A stretch of DNA of 64,000 bases from Iphione sp. A-MEVVRFRX5 (Eukaryota): positions 13,578,001-13,642,000 of the forward strand of contig OZ320323.1 in NCBI GenBank assembly GCA_976226885.1, in the 5' to 3' direction. The notes under the pieces are model-generated. The model had not been told where the DNA came from and did no database searches. It was given only the letters and a program-made list of their open reading frames with translations. Every line of letters starts with the position of its first letter. Position 1 is the stretch's first letter. Positions 1 to 10,000 of this stretch are shown here, piece by piece. The translations under genes and the position numbers were made by a program.

Positions 1-404
1 GCCATTCCCAGGTTAGCTTCACTCTACTACAGAAAGTTTCTCTGATATCATCAACATTTGAATATTTTTATACACAACACAGTGACATTAGCATATCAAC
101 TTTTTATTTCCTTTCATAATTACAATCGCACCATTTAAGTCGTCAGTTTACGCATGGAGCAAAATCCAGTTTCCTCACATCTACATGTAATCATGTATCC
201 CACTGAGAGTATAAACCTTAGTGAGAATGTTTTGCACGTCTGTGGACTCTTCACTTTACTCTGGACAGAGGTTTAAGGGCAAGGGCAAGTCCTGTTAATG
301 ATAACGGTGTCCATATGGGTGCAGGTCTTGGGCTGTCCATCACATCGCATCGCTGTTACGTTTCAGAGGAGAGACAACTCTGTTATACCACTGATGTGAA
401 CGTC

Positions 405-3400
405 TCAGGCTGTTACAGATCCCTCATTTAATATTGCTCTTGAAAGGTTACGGGCAAGTGCAAGTCTCATCAATGAGACAGTGTCATCTTCCGCTTCATT
501 CTGAAAAAAAGGAAAAAGATGAAGTAAACCACAAAAATCCTGTGTCTTGGTTAGGAAGGGGAGAGCAAATTCGTGAGATGACTTTGTCCCTATAACATAT
601 GCAGCTACAGTATATCAAGGTGTGAGAATATGAAAATACTGGTTGTTATTAGTTTCTGAGGCGCAATGTCTCCTTTCAGCGAGATGCTATTCTCTGGTGA
701 TGTGAAACTGATTTGTCTTGAGCCACTGAGTTTAGAGTTTAATATAACTTTAACAAATGTGAAAACTCCACAGGACGGCCTTAGATTATACAAAGAATAT
801 AGCAGTGGACAGCTAGCCTCCCCTTTGCAGCTTGTTTAGTCTGGTGGCTATCACTATCACCATGAATGGTCCAAGTGTAGGAAAAAAAGGGGACTATACA
901 CAGTGAAAATGCCGTGTATCAGGAAACTTTGTGCACAACTAAAATCACCATGGTGATGAGGGCAAACTTTGGGACTGGAGAGAATGGCAGCTCTCTTATC
1001 AATGATAAGAATCACCATGGTGATGAGGGCAAACTTTAGGACTGGAGAGAATGGCAGCTCTCTTATCAATGATAAGAGATCTGTCTTTTGTCTGGTCCCT
1101 TAGGTGGCCGCCTACGCCAGTTGCTACTGCATTTGCTAACTAGTCCAAAACTGCACAAGCTGGCTGAAAACACATTGAAATGCTTCTGTTTTCCAATCTG
1201 ATTTCAGACAACACCCATTGTTTTTTTGTACTTACATCATACCACCAGTGTATTTTTACACATCGATACTGAAAGGACGGAAATCGCACCCAGCTTCGGT
1301 TGGAGGGCGCGGGGAGTGAATGTGAAAGCTTTCCAGACTATGCGTTACAGTCGGTTTGGTGGTCGTTAATGGGTGCTAGTGGCGCCCCCTGGACTATATC
1401 TCTGGTAGACATCTAGTGTTTGTTACTTGTACCAAAATTTTTTCTCCACAACTCATACTAAACCACGTTTTCAATCACTTACCTCACCGCTGCTTGCTTT
1501 TCCTTTCAACTTACTACTGTCAACCGGCATCTGTTGTAGTCGCTTCCTGAGACTCAGCTCCTCAAGACAATGCATCAACTCATAGGTCTGTTGTGTATTG
1601 AAAATCACCTACAACACGGAATAAGACACTATATCATATTCATTTTAATATATGTTGATGGTATCCTTGTAAGTCAAACTACCCGATCCTATACATTTTT
1701 TTCTTATATTCGTTCTTTGTTGGTAAGCCATAGGAACTATGGAAATAGTATAACCACTAAAATGCCAATTTTCGGGACATTCTCGTGACTTCAGTTGGTC
1801 TTAACAGTTAAGCTGCAATATGCTTGGTCTGTTTTAAACTTCTGTAATAAAGTAACCTACCTCTTCAGCCTCAAGCAATGGCAGGGCATCCATTAAAAGC
1901 GTCATCCAAAACCTGGTGAGTTCCAAAAGATGTCAGAGCATTATTCCACACAAGCTTCATCACGTACACAACAAATAAACTCGTTATTCAGAGAAGGAAA
2001 ACGTGCCACTCCAGTTGAAAATAGAAAATGTTTACATGAACAAAACATCTGAGGACATTACCACACCTTTGTTTACAATATACCCGCCATAATACTGGAA
2101 AACCAACTATGGGCTTGTCTGTACCCGGCAAATGCTGAACTAAAAGTTCTGGGATATGCTGTCTATGCTGGCGCCATCCGGACCATCTCAGGGAGACACC
2201 TCGTGTCAAGTAATGGTACTAAAGCCAACTATTGTACATGAGTACTGATCACATAGACTCTTTAGAAAAAGTCTGTTCTTTACTTTTTGGGGGCCAGTTT
2301 CGCTGTCAGGAGTGAGAGAAGTAAAGATGCTGCAGCTGCGAAGTCAGCATCTTCATACAGCCGGTGGAATTCACGATATTTTCCTGGGAAGATAAAACAA
2401 GAAGTCTTGAGAGCGATACACGTGAAAAGGATAAGAATATATGTGTAATTCTACAGCATTTATTTAGCAGGAGTACGTTTTCCTAATGCATATCCTATTT
2501 CTTTCTCCATCGAAATCATTACCTTTGAGGGAACGAGTGTGAGTGACACGATTTCCTTTCACTCTAGGTTGTGTCCGTCGCGACTAAAGCAGTCATATGA
2601 ATATCGACGAAGTCAATGTGGGAACTAATAGAGTGTGGACTTGTTTTAAGTTTCAACTCTTGACTTTATTTTGAATAAACAGGAATGTTTACCGAGAAAT
2701 GTGAGGCTCGGACTGAGCAGCATGTCAGACCCAAGGTGATCAATCAAGTCGAGATTTCTGAAGTCGCCCGTGTCACAATATTCTGTCAAAAACCTGTATA
2801 AAAAAAACACCAAGTCAACTGACATTTGAACAAATGTAATCAACCTAGTCCAAAATCAAACGCAAGTTAGATTCGAGAAACAAGGCACATATGCTTTAAT
2901 AACCTCTATTCGGGATGAAAAAAGTTTTAAAAAAAACACTTACTTTTCTGCAAGAAATGTGATGAAGGGAATGTCCTGAAATCAAAGAGGAAAGCCAACC
3001 ACGTTAAGACTCGTTAAACACAATGACTGTAAGCCCTATTTTTTGTTGATAATTATGATACTTCTAACATTAACACATATGGCCTATGCGTATAAAGACA
3101 AACAAACAATAAGAAAAAAGAAGAAAATATCACACCTTTGAGCGCAGTGCCCATGACAATGCTGATCCCAGGCGGCTTTGGTGCAGAGCACGCATCCCAA
3201 ACACTTTACAGATGGAACGTACTGAAAAACAAAAAAAAAATAAAGGTCTTATCTGATCTGTAGTTTTAATTAGACCGGCTCAAATCGCTCGGTGCTAAAA
3301 TAAAGTATTATCTCTATAACCAGGCGATGATCTAAAGTGGATATGCTTTTACCTTGGTCTGTCATTGAACGGTGTTCACACAACTGTAGTACTTTGTGTG

Positions 3401-6400
3401 CCTTCTTCTCCGTCTCCAGTGGAAGGTGGTCTATGAAATGCTCAAGGTACGCCCTGAAAGATTTGTCGATTGCATCTAATCATTCCAAAGGTTTGAAACT
3501 TGAAGGAAAAAACTCCACAAATTACATTGCTGTGGCTATAAACAATGTTGAAAAAAAAGAAAACAAGATTTAAGCAACGGTGTTGGTAGATCATTTTGGA
3601 AAAGTGCTTTCCATAAAAACGGCCACCATCATGATGGAAGATGTAATTTTGCTTCCTTTAATTTTGCAAAAACAAAAACGAAAATAAAGTCTACAACACT
3701 ACCATGGTCTCTTGGATGTAACATACCTGCCAAACTGGGGACAGTGATCCAAATAGTCAGCAGCGACCTGCCATAGACTGCAACAGGAGGTTACAACAGA
3801 ATCAGTTTGAGTGGTGCTGCTTCATGACAAGCCACAAGCTGGCAACTCAGTTAAAGCTGAGTGGATCATGTCACGGATATGGCTAAGCAAGTCTACCTTC
3901 GCACATCGCATGCGAAGGGGAGTGTAATGCGTATGTTTTGGTGCCTGACTGTTGGTCAGTGTGCAAGTACTGTATGTGTAGCAGCCCGTGTCAAGCGAAA
4001 CTGACTGGCTACCTATTTACCGCACAAGAGCATGCAGACAAACTGACATATGTTAATATCTGATTCGTGTCTACAGTCTTCAAGATATGGTATCATCAGG
4101 ACTCCATTGTGGGAGAACATGCTCCGTAAATTTAAGAGCATCAGGTCGAATCCTGATGCCATATTCTCAATCAACGAGTGAAAAAAAGTTCTGTGTTCAA
4201 GCACACAGGACTTGTTGTATCATCACCATCAGCGCCCCTCACCATGCTCATCAAGTCTATGATATAGGGAGAAGGAAATGACAGAATAAAAGAGAAAAAA
4301 AGGCAATACGATACCTTAAAACAACCAAAGATTACGGGGAAAGGTGGACACTAACATTGTGGATGCAGAGATGTAAGGTTGGAGACATACCTTTGATGGG
4401 ACATGAGGCCTGTTGCATATTCTAGGAGGAGAAATTCGCGAAGGTTGGACCCGAAGCTGGAACAGAAGATCAGTTATTCTATTAACTATTCACTGGATGC
4501 TCCTTTCTCAATGCTAAAAAAAGGTTTACTTTCTGGACACTACAGTATCCGACACAAAGGTTCTGGAATCTGAAGTGTCCACACTACAGCCAAAGTGTAT
4601 ACATACAAAGAAGAATACGGTTTGCTCTGTTCGGATTCAAGCAAGATTGCAGAATCGCCTGATAGCTGAGGCGTGTATTTTTTATTTTTTTTTAAACTTT
4701 TATTTACACTGGAGCTGAAATATACAATATGTATTTGGGATCCAGTTTATACCATCTCTTGATACTTGTATGATATTTACAGGTGATCACGACAATATGG
4801 GATGAGATCAATGGTAAGGTGACTCATGGGCTGATGGTGCCAGTTCATAGTGTCGGTCGTGTTGGTGTTCTGAGTACATAATTCCTGACATTACTTGACA
4901 GGATATCATCCTGTTTGAAGATGTGATTTGAAAGGGTATCACCCTTCTTTCATATCAGCTGCTTCGTCACCACTTCCAAGGGAATCTCCCTGTTCGTGGA
5001 TCAGTTACTTCATTACGGTACCCGCAAGTTGGCTTTGACCGAACACTGTAGCCTACGCATTTTCAGTTTACGCAATAATTGTTTCTTTGGGAGATTTGTA
5101 TCGGTTATTGATAGTTTCTTCTTCCAATAGCAACTAAACCTGTACTGTATTGAATCTCTGAAACGTTCCTTGTGAGGAGCATCATACAACATCAGTCCCC
5201 TGCGGTTTCCTTCTCTAGTCATACGTCCCCCTCTATCAGTTCTTTCAGATAGTCGAAAGATCCCTAGGCCAACCCTCACCAACGTTGTGTCTACATAGCT
5301 TCTAACCTCATTTTCCACAATATCCCGGTCTATCCTCCTATTCATTGCAACGGCATATATCCTTCGTCGTAGCGTAACATATTTCATGTATGTGCTAGAT
5401 GTCTGAGAGCTATATAAGAACAGTCCGTAATTTATCACCGACAGTATCATAGTTGTCGCCAGTCTGGTTGCCAAATCTTTGCTCAAGTACTTCCTAATTT
5501 TCACAAAATGCTGCAGTTTATTATACCCTTTATGTACTAGCCTTTGCAAATGGTTTCTATACGATAGTTTCGTGTCCAAGATAATCCCTAAATAATTGAA
5601 TGATTTCACAGTCTCAAGCAGTCGATTGTCATATTTTAGATTCACATCTGTGGTGTTTGTTCGATACCCAAATTTCATAACCTTTGTTTTAGCAATGCTT
5701 ACTTTAATCTTATTGTTGTGGGACCATAGTTTCAGACGATTCATATCATGTTGTAGGCCCTCTATCGCATCATTTAATGTCACTCCGTGAGCAATCAGAA
5801 CCAAGTCATCAGCGTACAATATCACATCTGAGTCTAGTATACTGTGTACTAGGTCATTAATATATATGACAAAGAGCAACGGACCTAAAATTGATCCTTG
5901 CGGCACACCGCACGTAACATCCATGGTACTAGACAGAGTTCCATTAACCTTGGTTATCTGTTTCCGCCCCATCAGGTATGCCTTTATCCACACATAATAA
6001 CTCCCTAGATGGTAGTCCTGTAGCTTCCTTAGTAAAATTTCATGGCACACACTATCGAACGCCTTCTCAAAATCGATGAAAGCCCCCACGACGTGTTCCC
6101 GATTATTCAGATAGCCATGTATTAGTTGATTTAATTTACTGACAGCCATTTCTGTACCACGGCCTCGTCTGAAACCATATTGTTGTCTACAGAACAAATC
6201 ATTATTCTCAAAATGGTCATATTCTAGTGTGGACTATACGTTCTAATACCTTGTTAACCATATTTAGAATGCTAATAGGGCGATAATTACTTGGTTGATT
6301 TGGATCCCCTTTTTTGTATATTGGCGTAACTACAGTACACTCCCTGCCTGCGGACACGTCTCGGAAGCGGACACGTCTACAATGCGGACGATTTTACGCA

Positions 6401-7008
6401 GAACGAAATGATTTGCTATTGTTTCCTATTATAAGCTGACGTCTCTAATGCGGACGGCAAAATTTAGTGAACGCCTCCCTGTGGACGAGGTGTTGTCGCA
6501 CGAATTTGGGGCTCCAGGGAAACCACAGAAGTGCTTTTCAAAGGTAGATATGAATAACCCCTGTGGACGAGGTGTTGTTGCGCGAATTTGGGGCTCCAGG
6601 GAGACTACAGAAGTGCTTTTCAAAGGTAGATATTGATAACCCCTGTGGACGAGGTGTTGTCGCGCGAATTTGGGGCTCCAGGGAGGCTCCAGAAGTCATT
6701 TTTCAAAGGTAGATATGAATAACCCCAGTGGACAAGGTGTTGTCGGGCAAATTTGAGGCTCCAGGGAGGCTCCAGAAGTCATTTTTTAACTGGTCAATTT
6801 CAGTACTTTTAGGACTTTTACTGGTCAAATTCAGTACTTTTAGGACTTTAACTGGTCAAATTCAGGACTTTTAGGACTTTTACTGGTCAAATTCAGTACT
6901 TTTTGGACTTAAACTGATTGAATTAATTTATAGAGAGAGAGGGAGAAAGGGATTTCATTTTCTAGTTTGACCCCTCCTTAGGCGGGCAGATGTGCATGTA
7001 TATCCTTT

Positions 7009-7064
<56 letters not shown>

Positions 7065-10000
7065 GGAGTTCATTTTCTAGTTTGAACCCCTGGTCCGATC
7101 TCCAATGCGGACGCGTCTACAATGCGGACGATTTGAAGCAGAACAGAGGGTGTCCGGAATCAAGAGAGTGTACTGTATTCCCAACTTAAACTCCTCCGGT
7201 ATTATGCCTTGCCATAGGGATTGAGTGAACATGTGCCGGAATACCTCAACGTTTCGTGTCATAAAAATTTTTAATAATGCCGACGGTAATATACTAATCC
7301 CACTCGATTTGTTACCATGCATCGATCTTATCGATTGTAGTACTGTTTCTTTAGTCAACCCTTCATAGTTTAGGCGGCAGTCAATCCTGTTTTCCTGATG
7401 TTTGTAAGGTTCTTTCATATCCTCTAATATTCTCGAACCAACTGTCGCAAAGAAACAGTTTATCTTGTCTGCTGCTTGCTTGTCAGTCATTATTTTCTCA
7501 TCGTCTGATCGCATCAGTATCTCCGTATAAACTTGACTGTAGCCAAAATTCCTTTTTATCACTTGCCAAAAACGGGTTGGATTTGTTTTATTTGCTACCA
7601 ACTCCCCTTCAATATACCCTTTCCTCGATATAGTTAGCTGTTTCCTAACATTGGACATAGCAATGTGATGCTCTAGCTTGCACTCCAACTTACCAGTTTT
7701 GTTGTATTCTTCCCTGATACGATTTCTTTTAGAAATTAATTCGTGTAACTCCCTAGTCATCCAAGGCACTGTCGTTCTGGGGCACCGCCCCGTCTTTACA
7801 GGACATAGTTTATTAACTAGGTGGACTAGGTAGTAGTATATTACATACCAAATTTGTTGTACATCGTTCATTGCTAGTAAGGAGGTTTGCTCGAAGCTAG
7901 TTGATTCCTTAACAAATGTCTCTTCTGTCAGTCGCTTTTTGGATCTATATTTACGCTTCACCCTATCTAGCCGTATACGTGTTTCCAGAGTTATTGTGAT
8001 TTTTCTATGATCACTAAAGCCGCTGTTACTAACATTTATATGTAAATGTTTAGGTAGGATATTTCCCAGGACTAAGTCAATTGTACTTGAGGACAGTTTT
8101 CCTATTCTGGTCAGCTCCGTTACATACTGTGTTAATAGATTCTCAGCAGCAAACTCCTTCAATTTTCTGGTAAAAACGTTAGCTTTGTTTGCCCAATTTA
8201 TGTTATAATCCCCCATTATCAGAATATTAGTACGCCTATTTTCTCCTCGTAATTCAGCAATGTCAGATCTTAATTCTTCTAAGCCCTGTGATACATTCCC
8301 CCGTGGCGGCCTGTATATATTGCCAAGTAGAATCCGTTCATGGTTTTGTTCAATCAATAACCATTGCCTCTCCAAATGTTCCGTTATCTTGCTAGTATTC
8401 GATACGTAATGGGCACTTTCAGATAATTTATTGGTAACGTATATCACCAGCCCCCCTCCTCGTTTACATTTCCTATCCAGACGTATGCATCTATAACCAG
8501 TTATCTCCAGTAAACTCGCAGGTATAGAAGATTGCAACCAGCTCTCACTAAAGAAGTAAATATCAGATTTTGTTGTGTTAATCATGCTCAATAGTTCCTC
8601 CCAGTTCTTGAGAATACTCCGTACATTAAGAATTTCAATATTTAGCGATATCATCTAAAGGATAGCCAAATTGTATGGTCCCACGATGTTAGGCGATGAG
8701 ATGAAAGCCCACCCGGATGAATAAAGTTGAGTGGTCCAAAGAAAAGGAAATCAGTATGCCGTAACATACAGGATAGAAATGACACCCGTTTCACAGCAAT
8801 TTGATGAACACGTGTTCCACCAATAAAAGGACATAGTTAAACAATTGCATCTCATCCACAAATGTAGTATGTGTTGTGGTAACATATATAGCGCACAATC
8901 AACCAGTGTAGCTTCCCCTTTATTTATATAGCACAATATACTGCTAGCGTAACAGGAGAACACAAACAATCAATATAGGGTATTTTCAGTGTCCGAATCA
9001 GTGGATCAAATAACACCAAGTGCAGTAATGTTCTTAGGTACGAGAGTTGTTTGTGCTTACTAAAGCATCATGATCTGAGTTAAACTTCTACTTATCTGAA
9101 TTGTTGTAAGTAGCGGTAGTATAGGTAGTCCTCAAATTCATAGAGTCTGCGTAGAGCGTTCTCAATACGGGTAACCGCTACTGGAACCCATATCGGCCGC
9201 AAATGACACCCATCGCGAAGTCGCGCGTATCGGTGCCTCCATCGTCCATTATGCCGACTGTGGATGGTTCTCATAGTCCAAGGCACAGGTACTCCGTTTG
9301 AGCCGTTCAGCTCCACGATTCTTCTGTTTAGGACGATCACTAGCCTGTTTATCAACAGTTGTATGCGTCGAGCAGAGCCGCCCCTATTCATGTAGCCATT
9401 AAGTTGATAGTTGCTCGTCGCGTAGTCCATACCAAACACCGTCGATATCATTATGTAACTGCCAGGGAACATATTCCTCAGCCTTTCGTAGGCAACCTGA
9501 TAGTCATGCATTATTTCCGATACTGCAGTATCCACCCGTTGGTACCTTGGTATGACATATCGAGTTGTTTGCCTGGGTCCACGAGACCGAAACAAATTTG
9601 TCATGTTATTTCCGCCAACCCATAGCACCACCGCCCACGGTACATATGGGACCAGTGTTCCCTCAAAGCGATTTATCACATCCAATATCCTTGCTCCGGG
9701 ATAGAAGTATACCGACACTCTCCATCTTGGATCTCTATAGTAACCAGCAGTTCCTCTCCCATGGCTGCTAGACAAAATAATTACTCGGCGGACCATTTCT
9801 GAGTTTCTGCGTAGACATGAGTCGCACGTGTGCAGATATGTTCGGTCACCGGCAGTACTGCAATTTCAAATCTCGCGCATGCGTATATTTGTTTTTCAGA
9901 CAACACTGTTCTCATTCAGGCGTAGCCACTCTGGTGTCCGACATCCAAAAATAGCCAGACGCACTATTCTGTTTCCATCTGTGGGTCTGCTGTTCCAATT

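Noticed and set aside
7077-7175. C-terminal tail of the 525-aa ORF in the track, and the 'start' of the 394-aa RT ORF at 6197
   Set aside because: The tail is read-through into the MITE, and the RT start is an artefact of the frameshift; both ORFs are parts of one ORF2.
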